The notes: generated by a model from the letters alone, not told the origin. 46,861 nt of DNA from Candidatus Muiribacteriota bacterium (GCA_051747805.1 JBNJGP010000008.1:1-46861), one strand, 5' to 3'; positions 1-9,226 are shown, counted from the stretch's first letter. Numbers and translations are program-made.

Positions 1-110
1 TCGTTAGATAACTTTACTATCACCTTTAGGTGATTTTACTAAGCTGAAAGCTTTTTACTTTTATGTCGGCCTGACCACAAAAGCCTTTTTAAAAAATTTG
101 CTAAACTCAA
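1..110. repeat. Partial structured repeat or hairpin array, cut by the window edge and related to the 39335-39455 element
   Basis: Minus strand reads GTGGTCAGGCCGACA followed by short hairpins (AAGCT-TTC-AGCTT, ATCACC-TAAA-GGTGAT) separated by AGTAAA. CTTTTGTGGTCAGGCCGACA resembles CTTTAGTGGTTAGGCCTACA at ~39359-39378. Confidence 0.45.
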
Positions 111-235
111 GTTAATAATTAAAAATATTTTAAATTATACCCTCTATTTAATCAAGATATTATTTAATTAATCCAAAAAATATACCATTAATTTTGATTT
201 AACTTTTTAAAATTCTGTGATAAAATGCAGATATT

Positions 236-1402
236 ATGATTCAAATATTTTTTTTGATTTTATTTTTTATTTTTATAATTACTCCATTTGCTTTTCCAGC
301 CTATATTTTATTTAAATTCCTTTTTTCTAAAAAACTCACACAGGAACCCTCCATTGTTAAAAAGAAACCCGCAATAGATATACTTATTCCCGCTTATAAT
401 GAAGAAAAAATTATAAAAAAAACCATTGATAACTTATTAAATTCAAACTATTTTGATTTTAAAATTACCATAGTTGACGACAAAAGTGATGATAACACCC
501 TGGAAAAATTAATTGAATTAACCCGAATTTCAGATAAAATACAGGTATTTTCTAATAAAAAAAGAATTGGTAAAAAAGAAATTCTAAATAAATATATACC
601 AAAAATGAAGTCGGACTACGTGCTGGTGCTTGATGCTAATTTACAGGTGGATAAAAACTGTATAAAGTATTTGACATCAAAATTAAATGAAGAAACAGCC
701 CTTGTTTACGGAAAACTAATACTGAAAAAAAATAGATATTCCTCTGTAACCGATGAGGAAATTAACTACTGGAATTTTGAAACATTCACAAAAATATTAC
801 AATCAAAATGCGGAAATATAACATCTCCTGTTGGCGGTTTTTATATTATTAAAAAACAAAATTTTTCAAAAATTCCTGCAAACTGTAGTATGGAGGATAT
901 GTATCTTCTTATTAAGAATCTCGAAAATCATAAAAAAGTCAAATTCAGCAAAAAAGCGCATGCTTTTGAATTAACTTCCGGCTCAACTGTACATGAGTTT
1001 AATCGGAAAAAAAGAATTCTATCTGGCGCATATTTTATGATGAATTACTTTATAAAAAATCAAACTTTTTCAAAACTAAAAAAAGAAGACTTAACCTGCT
1101 TTTTTATTAATAAAATTATACGCTGGATATATCCCCTTATATTTTTTTTAACTTGTTTTTTTTCTATAATAACCCGAAAAAAACTGAAACTGGCTAATAC
1201 TTTTTTTAATTTAAATAAAACCCTTATTTTTTTCACTGGTTCTGAGTTTTTAATAAATTCATTTATAAATTCATTAACCCATAAAAAAAGAATTAGAGTT
1301 AAAATATTTAAAAAACCGCTTTATTTTTATATGCTTATGGTAGCAGGAATTTTAGCTTTTTTTGAAAAACAAAACCCTTTATGGAAAAAGGAAAACAGAT
1401 AG
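236..1402 (+). CDS. GT2 family glycosyltransferase, membrane-anchored (cellulose synthase/IcaA-like)
   Basis: N-terminal TM segment, ILIPAYNEE, VDDKSDD, VLDA and a MED...RKKRI region near the ED/QxxRW positions, then C-terminal hydrophobic segments. Confidence 0.85.
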   Translation: MIQIFFLILFFIFIITPFAFPAYILFKFLFSKKLTQEPSIVKKKPAIDILIPAYNEEKIIKKTIDNLLNSNYFDFKITIVDDKSDDNTLEKLIELTRISDKIQVFSNKKRIGKKEILNKYIPKMKSDYVLVLDANLQVDKNCIKYLTSKLNEETALVYGKLILKKNRYSSVTDEEINYWNFETFTKILQSKCGNITSPVGGFYIIKKQNFSKIPANCSMEDMYLLIKNLENHKKVKFSKKAHAFELTSGSTVHEFNRKKRILSGAYFMMNYFIKNQTFSKLKKEDLTCFFINKIIRWIYPLIFFLTCFFSIITRKKLKLANTFFNLNKTLIFFTGSEFLINSFINSLTHKKRIRVKIFKKPLYFYMLMVAGILAFFEKQNPLWKKENR

Positions 1403-1403
1403 T

Positions 1404-2129
1404 ATGAAATGCCATATTGAATTAAAAAACATCCATAAAAACTTTGATTTATCAAATAAATCCATCCGTACTATATTTGAAAAAAAAGAAAAAAAACATG
1501 CTTTAAACGGAGTGGATTTTAAAGCTTATGAGGGCGAAATCATAGGTTTCATAGGTGCGAACGGTTCAGGAAAAACAACGTTGCTTAAAATAATATCTGG
1601 TTTACTTATACCTGACAGAGGACATGTTGACATAAAGGGCAGAATCTCACCTATGCTTGATATCGGAATCGGATTCCATCCTGAATTAACAGGTATTGAA
1701 AATATCAGACTTTTTTCTTCAATATCAACAAATTCCCCATTAAACAAAAATGAATTAGAAGAAATCAAAGAATTTTCAGGCCTAACCCCAAAATCATTAA
1801 ATTTAAAATATAAATTCTATTCTTCTGGTATGAAAGTTAGATTAGGTTTTTCAACGGTGGCCTTTTTAAAACCAGATATTGTACTTCTTGATGAAATTAC
1901 CTCGGTAGGTGATGTTAACTTCCAGGAAAAAACCAGAAAAAAAATCATGGAACTGAAAAAAAATTCCAAAATTATGATTTTAGTCAGCCATGATGTAAAC
2001 TATATAAAAGATTTAACCACAAGAACTTTAGCTCTGGTAAATGGAAAGGTATTATGTGATACCACACCAGAAAAAGCTGGATATGAATATTTAAAATATA
2101 TGGAAAAACATGGTGATGATAAAATATAA
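1404..2129 (+). CDS. wzt: Polysaccharide/teichoic-acid ABC exporter, ATP-binding subunit (Wzt/TagH-like)
   Basis: Walker A GANGSGKT, GFHPELTGIENI, signature YSSGM and LLDE. Start placed at ATG 1404, immediately after the upstream stop. Confidence 0.88.
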   Translation: MKCHIELKNIHKNFDLSNKSIRTIFEKKEKKHALNGVDFKAYEGEIIGFIGANGSGKTTLLKIISGLLIPDRGHVDIKGRISPMLDIGIGFHPELTGIENIRLFSSISTNSPLNKNELEEIKEFSGLTPKSLNLKYKFYSSGMKVRLGFSTVAFLKPDIVLLDEITSVGDVNFQEKTRKKIMELKKNSKIMILVSHDVNYIKDLTTRTLALVNGKVLCDTTPEKAGYEYLKYMEKHGDDKI

Positions 2130-2883
2130 TCTATTAAAAAATTTTTTTAAACTTAATTTTAAATTAAAATATACTGGCTCAAGACTTGGTATAATATGGT
2201 CATTTATTAATCCTTTTGTCTCTCTAATAATCTTCACCATAGTTTTTGAGCATATTCTGTCAATTGAGCTGGAAAATTTTCCGCTTTACTTTTTTTCTGG
2301 AATAATTATGTGGGGACTTTTTGCGGCCAATGTTAATAATTCATGCTTTGCTTTTTTAAGACATTTTGAAATTATTCAGAAAATAAGATTCGATTACCGG
2401 CCACTCCTTATATCTGAAATCGGAGTTAACACAATAATCTTTCTTTTAAACCTTTTAATTCTTTTTATATTTGCCGTTTTTTTTGGACAAACTTTTTCGC
2501 TTTATCAGTTTTTAATACACTTCCCGCTTATTATAATTCATGTTTATCTTCTTTCCTACAGCATTGGCTTAATTATTGGAACCGCGAATGTTTTTGTTCG
2601 TGATACACCACATGCAACTGAAATAATTCTTAACGTATGGTTTTATGCCTCACCAGTATTTTATATACCTGATATGATACCGGATAAACTCCTTGATTTT
2701 TTAGTTTTAAACCCTATGTTTTACTCTATGCTTGCATTTAGAAGAATTTTTTATAATCCCGAATTTGGGGAAATTATCATCTGGAAATCTTTTGGCTATG
2801 GAACATTAATAATACTTTTTCTTTATATAATTTCGCAAATATATTACTGGAAAAACGAAAAATGGTTTCCCGAAAAAATTTAA
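2110..2883 (+). CDS. wzm: Polysaccharide ABC exporter permease (Wzm/TagG-like)
   Basis: KYTGSRLGIIWSFINP, RD, WFYASPVFY and LNPM motifs of ABC-2 Wzm permeases, with about 6 TM segments. Confidence 0.9.
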   Translation: MVMIKYNLLKNFFKLNFKLKYTGSRLGIIWSFINPFVSLIIFTIVFEHILSIELENFPLYFFSGIIMWGLFAANVNNSCFAFLRHFEIIQKIRFDYRPLLISEIGVNTIIFLLNLLILFIFAVFFGQTFSLYQFLIHFPLIIIHVYLLSYSIGLIIGTANVFVRDTPHATEIILNVWFYASPVFYIPDMIPDKLLDFLVLNPMFYSMLAFRRIFYNPEFGEIIIWKSFGYGTLIILFLYIISQIYYWKNEKWFPEKI

Positions 2884-4064
2884 CCTTATCTGTTATTATT
2901 CCCGCTTATAAAAGAGTTTTAAAGTTAAGTCAGTGTATTTCAAGTATTTTGAGACAGACAGTTCCACCTCTTGAAATTATTGTTTCAGACGACTCAGATG
3001 ATGATTCTGTATATAAATTATGTCAGAAATATTCAAAAAAAGTTAAATATATTAAAAATAAAGGCAAAGGTCAGGGCCAGGCAAGAAATACAGCCGCCGA
3101 AACAGCAAGAGGTGATATTTTATTATTTATAGATTCAGACGTGATTTTAACCATGAACGCCATTAAACATCATATTTTAAATCATAAAAAAGGGTATAAA
3201 ACTGTTTTAGGAAGGGTAAAGTTTCCAGACAGAATTGAACTGACATATGAAAACTCCATAACAGACCTTGGAGCCTATCTGAGCAGTTTAAAAACCGGTA
3301 AATATAACTTTATTAAATTTATTACCTGCAATTTATCAATCAGAAAAAACATATTTTTAAAATCAAAAGGATTCAGCCCTTATTTTACAGGTTATGGATT
3401 TGAAGATATAGAACTTGGATATCGAATTGGCGGAAATAAAAAATTTATTAAATTTGAAAAAAAAGCCGCCGCCGTTCATTATAATAATCGGAAAAGAACT
3501 GATATTTACAAAAGAGCCTGGAAAGTTGCCCAGACCTCTATTTTATTTATGCAACTTCACCCGGAAGTTAAAAATCGATTTTTATTACCACTTCAAAAAA
3601 CACTTAAATTAAAAAAAGAAAAAATTCCACCTTATTCAACAATTAAATTCAAAAAAATACTTGAAATAATCGAAAGAAATTCCTGCCGACATTTTATCAA
3701 ATCATATCACAGCCATAAGCAGCTTAAAAGAATAAAAAAAACATTTAAAAGAAAAAAAATTTATGCCCCAGAAATAGTCTTATATGAACTTGCTTTTTTT
3801 GGAAAATTTTATAATTTAAAAATTCCTCTGCTGCCCTCCAATTTATTGACAAAATATATTGTTGATAGAAAAATGCCTCTGCCAAAACCAAATAGATATG
3901 TATGGATAAATACACAGAATCATAAAACCTTTGAATACTACAGCCCGGTATTATCTTCTAAACTTAACAATAAAAAATTTTTAAAAAACTTTATATTAAG
4001 CTGCAAAAACTATAGATTAGAAATAAAAACAGAAATAATAAAGAGAATTAAGGGGCTTATTTAA
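2862..4064 (+). CDS. GT2 family glycosyltransferase
   Basis: SVIIPAY, VSDDSDD, ARN, FIDSD, GYGFEDIELGYR. Confidence 0.88.
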   Translation: MVSRKNLTLSVIIPAYKRVLKLSQCISSILRQTVPPLEIIVSDDSDDDSVYKLCQKYSKKVKYIKNKGKGQGQARNTAAETARGDILLFIDSDVILTMNAIKHHILNHKKGYKTVLGRVKFPDRIELTYENSITDLGAYLSSLKTGKYNFIKFITCNLSIRKNIFLKSKGFSPYFTGYGFEDIELGYRIGGNKKFIKFEKKAAAVHYNNRKRTDIYKRAWKVAQTSILFMQLHPEVKNRFLLPLQKTLKLKKEKIPPYSTIKFKKILEIIERNSCRHFIKSYHSHKQLKRIKKTFKRKKIYAPEIVLYELAFFGKFYNLKIPLLPSNLLTKYIVDRKMPLPKPNRYVWINTQNHKTFEYYSPVLSSKLNNKKFLKNFILSCKNYRLEIKTEIIKRIKGLI

Positions 4065-4149
4065 TATACCAAAAAAACATCCTATTTACTAAAAACAAAA
4101 TTAAACAAAACTAAAAAATGAAATTAAGAAATGATTAGAAAAAATATTA

Positions 4150-4884
4150 TTATATTATCCATTTTCTTTTAATATTTTTTAAAGTCAAAACTGACAGAAT
4201 TAAGGTAAACAATAATAAAATTAATAAATTAAAATATACTGGCATAATACCGGTATTTGAGAATTCAGTATGTAATATATCAACAGAATATGTAAGCGGT
4301 AAAATATAAGATACAGGTCTCAAAAGAGATGGTAAATCATTAAGAGGAATAAATAATCCACATAAAAAAATCATAGGAAACCTTAAAAAATTTGAAAAAG
4401 TTTGAGCTTCAAATACTTCACTCACGGAAACTGCCACAAACAGACCAACTAATGATGAAGTAATGGAAGCTAATAAAAAAGCAAAAAATACCAAAACCCA
4501 GTTCAGAGAAGGAATCTGTGTAATAAATAATGCTAATATTACCGGAATAAACGCATTAATAACCCCAAAAAGAACAGCACCTGAAATTTTCGAAATCATT
4601 AAAACCCAGTATGGTAAAGGCGCAAGTAAAAGACGATTAAATGAGTTATTTTTCTTTTCAAAAGTAACAGTAACTGCAAGCATTGAAGTTGCACCAAACA
4701 ATATCGACAATGAACAAACACCCGCCAGAAGATAAATAACATCAACATCACTACCACTTCGCAAATAAAACATCGAAGTCCATGCAACCGGAAAAATTAA
4801 TCCCCAGCTTATATTTGGCGGTTTCAGATAATACGCTTTCATATCTTTTTTTAAAATAGTCCAGAATGCTAAAAATATATTCAT
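4150..4884 (-). CDS. ABC-2 type exporter permease
   Basis: About 6 TM segments, EK...RLLLAP, PMIFLCGLFIP, LPLTY; adjacent to an ABC ATPase. Confidence 0.88.
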   Translation of the reverse strand: MNIFLAFWTILKKDMKAYYLKPPNISWGLIFPVAWTSMFYLRSGSDVDVIYLLAGVCSLSILFGATSMLAVTVTFEKKNNSFNRLLLAPLPYWVLMISKISGAVLFGVINAFIPVILALFITQIPSLNWVLVFFAFLLASITSSLVGLFVAVSVSEVFEAQTFSNFLRFPMIFLCGLFIPLNDLPSLLRPVSYILPLTYSVDILHTEFSNTGIMPVYFNLLILLLFTLILSVLTLKNIKRKWII

Positions 4885-4887
4885 AAT

Positions 4888-5802
4888 TTATTCTCCAAAA
4901 GTTGATATAGAAACAAAAATTTCTTCAAGTGTAGGCTCCAGTTTTTGTGCTGATAAAATATTGATGTTTTGTTTGTTAATATTTTCTAACACCGAAAAAA
5001 GCGAAACTTCGTGATTAATTTCTACTTGATACGTACTATTTTTTTGTGAAATTAATTTTAACCCATTTATATTATTAAAGACTTCTTTACCAAAATCTTT
5101 TTCCAGTGAAATTTTATAAATTGGATGTTTATAATAATTTTTTGCTAAATTTTGGAATGAATCCACTTTAATTAATTTCCCTTTTTTAATAAATCCAATA
5201 CGATCACTAAGTCTCTGAGCCTCCTCCAGATAATGCGTGGTCATAAAAATTGTGACTTTTTCATCATTTATTCGTTTTAAAAAATTTCTAATATTTATTG
5301 CACTCATAACATCTATACCTGTGGTTGGTTCATCCAGAAAAAGAATTTTTGGCTTATGAAGCACGCCGGCAATGATGGTAAGCTTTCTTTTCATTCCTTT
5401 TGAATAAGCTTTAAATTTACGGTTTTTAAAATCTTTTAACCCTACCATTTCTAAAAGTTCAATAGCCCTCTCATATATTTTATCTTCAGATATACCATAT
5501 ATTCCTGCACAAAATAATAAATTTTCAATTCCGGTTAATTCTGGATATAAATTACTTTCATCTGGAACAATGCCCATAAACTTTTGAAAATTCTTTGTAT
5601 TTTCTTTAAAACTTTTTCCATCATATAAAATTTCACCACTTGTAATTTTAGCCAGTCCGATCAACATATTAATAATAGTTGTTTTACCAGCTCCATTTGG
5701 GCCTAGAAGTGTAAAAAATTCATTATCAAAAATCTCCAGATTAATATTATCTACAGCTCTGAATTTGTCATAATCTCTAACTAAATTAATTATTTTAATC
5801 AT
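4888..5802 (-). CDS. ABC exporter ATP-binding protein (DrrA-like)
   Basis: GPNGAGKT, YSKGM, FLDEPTTG, TTHYLEEA, C-terminal PTLEEIF. Start moved to ATG 5802 (GAGGT SD) because the longer ORF overlaps the microprotein gene. Confidence 0.9.
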   Translation of the reverse strand: MIKIINLVRDYDKFRAVDNINLEIFDNEFFTLLGPNGAGKTTIINMLIGLAKITSGEILYDGKSFKENTKNFQKFMGIVPDESNLYPELTGIENLLFCAGIYGISEDKIYERAIELLEMVGLKDFKNRKFKAYSKGMKRKLTIIAGVLHKPKILFLDEPTTGIDVMSAINIRNFLKRINDEKVTIFMTTHYLEEAQRLSDRIGFIKKGKLIKVDSFQNLAKNYYKHPIYKISLEKDFGKEVFNNINGLKLISQKNSTYQVEINHEVSLFSVLENINKQNINILSAQKLEPTLEEIFVSISTFGE

Positions 5803-5818
5803 TAATAACCTCAAAATC

Positions 5819-5838
5819 AGGGGGATATTAATCCCCCT
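5819..5838 (-). terminator. GC-rich stem-loop between the microprotein and ABC ATPase genes (attenuator or mRNA stabiliser)
   Basis: AGGGGGAT-ATTA-ATCCCCCT, a perfect 8-bp stem. Confidence 0.55.
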
Positions 5839-5845
5839 TAAAAAA

Positions 5846-5977
5846 TTATTTTTTGTCATCACATGGATGCTTATCTTCAGAGCCATGACATTTTTTGATT
5901 TGTTCTGGTGAACAAGGTTCATTTTTGTCTTTCAATCCTGTTTCCTTAAGACAATCAGATTTTTTTTCATCAACCAT
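5846..5977 (-). CDS. 43-aa Cys/His-rich microprotein, putative metal-binding (absent from the ORF track)
   Basis: Strong SD AAGGAGGG before the ATG. Translation MVDEKKSDCLKETGLKDKNEPCSPEQIKKCHGSEDKHPCDDKK. Co-directional between arsR and the ABC genes. Confidence 0.8.
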   Translation of the reverse strand: MVDEKKSDCLKETGLKDKNEPCSPEQIKKCHGSEDKHPCDDKK

Positions 5978-6068
5978 ATAAACCCTCCTTTTTTAAATTC
6001 TCAGGCATTACCTGAGTTATTTATTTAATTATTTGCGTAATCACTTAATTAAAAACAAAAAAAATATT

Positions 6069-6341
6069 TTAAAAATCTATAAGTTCATCAAAACTTGATT
6101 TAATTTTTTCAAAAATCTCTTTGTTAACAGTGTAATGCATATAATACCCAATTTTTTCGCTCTGAAGCAACCCATTATCTTTTAACACTCTTAAATGCTG
6201 TGAAACAGCAGCAGGAGTAATCTTTAACCTGCATGACAAAGCATTAACACATAATCTTTCTTTAGATAAAAGTTTTAATATTTTATATCTGTTTTTAACA
6301 GAGATTATTTTTAAAAAATGTAAAAACTTGTCTTCCTGCAT
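6069..6341 (-). CDS. ArsR/SmtB family transcriptional regulator
   Basis: NRYKILKLL, LCVNAL, AVSQHLRVLK winged-HTH pattern. Confidence 0.9.
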   Translation of the reverse strand: MQEDKFLHFLKIISVKNRYKILKLLSKERLCVNALSCRLKITPAAVSQHLRVLKDNGLLQSEKIGYYMHYTVNKEIFEKIKSSFDELIDF

Positions 6342-6354
6342 TTCAATTTATCCT

Positions 6355-6400
6355 TTTAAGTATATACTTAAATACTATATTAGAAATTTTATATTGTCAA
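6355..6400 (-). promoter_or_regulatory. Sigma70-type promoter with a palindromic operator
   Basis: TTGACA (6400-6395), 17 nt, TAGTAT, followed directly by the perfect 18-bp palindrome TTTAAGTATATACTTAAA (6355-6372). Confidence 0.7.
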
Positions 6401-6448
6401 CATTTTTTTAAATTCAATAATACTAAAACCGACCCCCTTTATTATATT

Positions 6449-6473
6449 TGTCTATTTTGCCAAATAGTCAAAT
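6449..6473. promoter_or_regulatory. Copy of the 25-bp putative ArsR operator motif
   Basis: TGTCTATTTTGCCAAATAGTCAAAT, 24/25 identical to 32290-32314. Confidence 0.6.
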
Positions 6474-6720
6474 GATGTTTTAAAGCATAATATAAAAGAA
6501 TTTTATTCAATATTCATGAATATCAATTTTTTATAGGATTTTAAAAAAACTTTTTTATATGAAGAAGTAAAATAAATGAGGAAAAAAAACAAAAAAAGAT
6601 TGGAGCGTTTTTAAAATGAAATGAAACTATTCCAATATAATATCTTAATTAAAACGTGAGTTTGAAAAATTATCTTAATTTAGTTTTTCAATAACCTCTT
6701 TTAAGAATTAATATTAAACA

Positions 6721-7203
6721 TTAACTATTCATGTTAATTTTCTCAATTTCCAGTAACTCCTGTTTATAAAATACTCCCGGACCATAGTGGCCAATATCCG
6801 AATTTTTTTTAACTACCCTGTGACAGGGAATAATAATTGGTACTGGATTTTTTGACATAGCATTTCCAATAATACGGGGATTTGATACTTTACAGATTTC
6901 AGCAAGGTCTGAATATGATATTATACTCCCATATGATACCTTTTCTTTGAGGGTTGTAAGTATTTTTTTATATAATCTGGATTTAATATTTAATTGGAAT
7001 TTTTGATTAATGTTTCTGGTTCTACCATTTAAATAATTATTAAGTTTCTTTTGAAAATCATTTTTTGAACAAGCCATTTTATAATGACCGGGAGGGTTTG
7101 AAAAGTCACCAGGAAATTTCAATAAAATTAAATTGGAATCCTTAAATTCTGCGAGAAACTCTCCCAACCTAGTTTTAATCAGATAAGACTTTGTCGTTTT
7201 CAT
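6721..7203 (-). CDS. ogt: Methylated-DNA--protein-cysteine methyltransferase
   Basis: SYSDLA, NPVPIIIPCHRVV active-site motif, KQELLEIE. Confidence 0.92.
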   Translation of the reverse strand: MKTTKSYLIKTRLGEFLAEFKDSNLILLKFPGDFSNPPGHYKMACSKNDFQKKLNNYLNGRTRNINQKFQLNIKSRLYKKILTTLKEKVSYGSIISYSDLAEICKVSNPRIIGNAMSKNPVPIIIPCHRVVKKNSDIGHYGPGVFYKQELLEIEKINMNS

Positions 7204-7513
7204 TTTCGATAAATTCCATTATTCTATCATATTTTTCTTCAAAATCATGTCCATCAAATTCTTTATTATATTTTTTAAAAAATCTGAATAAATTTTTCTC
7301 ACAATTTTTTATATGATAACTAATCTGACCAGTGGGTAAATCAATATAAAAAACAGTTCCTCTATCTTTTTTATAATCGTCCCCGCTATGTTTTTTTATC
7401 CCGGCATTATAATTTTGTTTTTTAGCCAAAACACCGCATAAAGCAACAAGTCTATTTCTTTCCCTATATAATTTATCTTCCTTATTCTTAATTATACAAT
7501 TATCAATTGACAA
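7175..7513 (-). CDS. Small hypothetical protein of a phage-like LPTGQISYH...(W/F)DGH family
   Basis: LYRERNRL, IDLPTGQISYH and FDGH motifs; AAGGAGG SD; overlaps ogt. Confidence 0.6.
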   Translation of the reverse strand: MSIDNCIIKNKEDKLYRERNRLVALCGVLAKKQNYNAGIKKHSGDDYKKDRGTVFYIDLPTGQISYHIKNCEKNLFRFFKKYNKEFDGHDFEEKYDRIMEFIENENDKVLSD

Positions 7514-7539
7514 TTTTCCTCCTTTAAATAGACAGAATT

Positions 7540-8403
7540 TTATTTTTTCATATTCTTAAACGCAAAATAACTAACCACTTTTTCAAAAATTGAAAATGGT
7601 AAAAGCCATTTAAAAAAAAGTTGAATTTTTGCATCAATTCCAACAACTATTCTAAACTTATTTTTTCTTTTATGAACTATTTTTTCAATTAAGGCAGCAA
7701 CTTTATCAGGATCAGGTCTATATTTATCCAGCAATTCCCTTTTTGAAATAAAATGCTGACATCTTTTATAATATTTACTCTTTTTATCAAAAGCTCTATC
7801 ACATATCTTGGCGTTCTCATTAAAAATTTTTGTTTTAAAACTTCCAGGCTCAACCAGCAAAACCTCAATATTAAAAGGTCTTAATTCATATCTGAGACTT
7901 TCGCTGAAACCCTCAAGCGCGTATTTGGAAGAATTATAAGCTCCAAGAGCAGGATAAGATACTTTGCCAGCAATACTTGAAATATTAATAATTTTACCCC
8001 TTTCCGACTTATGTATTAAAGGAAGTAACATTTTTGTAACATTTAAAACTCCAAAAAAATTTGTTTCCATAACATTTCTGAACTCTTTATCCTTCATATC
8101 CTCAAAACAGCCTGCACCAGCAAATCCAGCATTGTTAATTAATATATCCAGCTTTCCGTATTTTTCTTTTAAATCCTTAAAAATTTTTTCAATAGTATCT
8201 TTTTTTATTACATCCAGTTCTTTTAAGTAAATTTTACCATTGTTTTGCTTAACTCTTTTTAAAAGTTCCTCAGATTTATTCAGATTTCTCATAGTTGCAT
8301 AAACAATATGTTTTCTGCATAATCTAACAGCACATAGCAGCCCGAAACCACTCGAACATCCTGTTATTAGAATAATTTTTTTCTTCTGCACATAACTCTC
8401 CAT
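7540..8403 (-). CDS. Short-chain dehydrogenase/reductase
   Basis: ITGCSSGFG, LINNAG, YNSSK catalytic motif, VEPG. Confidence 0.93.
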   Translation of the reverse strand: MESYVQKKKIILITGCSSGFGLLCAVRLCRKHIVYATMRNLNKSEELLKRVKQNNGKIYLKELDVIKKDTIEKIFKDLKEKYGKLDILINNAGFAGAGCFEDMKDKEFRNVMETNFFGVLNVTKMLLPLIHKSERGKIINISSIAGKVSYPALGAYNSSKYALEGFSESLRYELRPFNIEVLLVEPGSFKTKIFNENAKICDRAFDKKSKYYKRCQHFISKRELLDKYRPDPDKVAALIEKIVHKRKNKFRIVVGIDAKIQLFFKWLLPFSIFEKVVSYFAFKNMKK

Positions 8404-8474
8404 AAAAATTAGAATATAATTTATATTATCATAAAAAACAGTTATTTCAATTAGTACACCTTAGTAATTGTTTT

Positions 8475-9209
8475 TTAAAGTCCTTCGATTTCTAATACAA
8501 CAGGTGCATGGTCAGAACCCATTTTTTGATTTAATATATAACAGTCCTTTACTTTATCTTTTATACTGTTTTGAACAAAAAAATAATCAATTCTCCAGCC
8601 AACATTCCTTTTTCTAGCCCTTGTTTTATAATCCCACCATGAATAAATATGGGCTTCTTTATGAAATAATCTGAGTGCATCAGAAAAACCCCTGTTTAAA
8701 AAACTATCAATCCATTCTCTTTCTATTGGCAAAAATCCACTTTTATCGCTGTTTGCATCAGGTCTTGCAAGATCGATTCCTTTGTGAGCAGTATTAACAT
8801 CGCCACATACAATAACAGGTTTATATTCTTTTAAAACAAGCTCCTGAAAAGTTTTATAAAAATTCATTTTATAATCCAGCCTTTCCTGTCTGCTCTTACC
8901 ATTAGGAAAATAAACATTAAAAAGAACAAAATTTTCATATTCCGCCCTGATAATTCTTCCTTCATTATCAAATCCCTGCTCTACTTTTACAGGATTCACC
9001 TTTGTATAAAGTGCAACTCCACTGTAACCTTTCCTTTCAGCAGAAACAAAAAATGAATTATACCCATCAATATTAACAAGTTTCTCAGTAAGTTGCTCTT
9101 TATGACTTTTAGTTTCTTGAATACAAAGAATATCTGCATCAAAAAGTTCAAACTCATTTTTTCTTTCAATAGCTCGTATTCCATTTACATTCCAGCTTAC
9201 AAGTTTCAT
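8475..9209 (-). CDS. xth: Exodeoxyribonuclease III / AP endonuclease
   Basis: MKLVSWNVNGIRA, CIQETK, GDVNTAH, GWRIDYF, GSDHAP. Start at ATG 9209. Confidence 0.95.
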   Translation of the reverse strand: MKLVSWNVNGIRAIERKNEFELFDADILCIQETKSHKEQLTEKLVNIDGYNSFFVSAERKGYSGVALYTKVNPVKVEQGFDNEGRIIRAEYENFVLFNVYFPNGKSRQERLDYKMNFYKTFQELVLKEYKPVIVCGDVNTAHKGIDLARPDANSDKSGFLPIEREWIDSFLNRGFSDALRLFHKEAHIYSWWDYKTRARKRNVGWRIDYFFVQNSIKDKVKDCYILNQKMGSDHAPVVLEIEGL

Positions 9210-9226
9210 ATAATCCCCCAAACTAT

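Noticed and set aside
5803..5922. N-terminal extensions in the ORF track (also at 9210-9239, 21065-21157, 29962-30012 and 32289-32405)
   Set aside because: They overlap other genes, operators or repeats, and better starts with an SD or promoter lie downstream.
6429..6437. CCGACCCCC as a further copy of the RAYT repeat (also GGAGCGT at ~6602)
   Set aside because: Only 7-8 nt match, with no extension. It could be a relic but cannot be supported.
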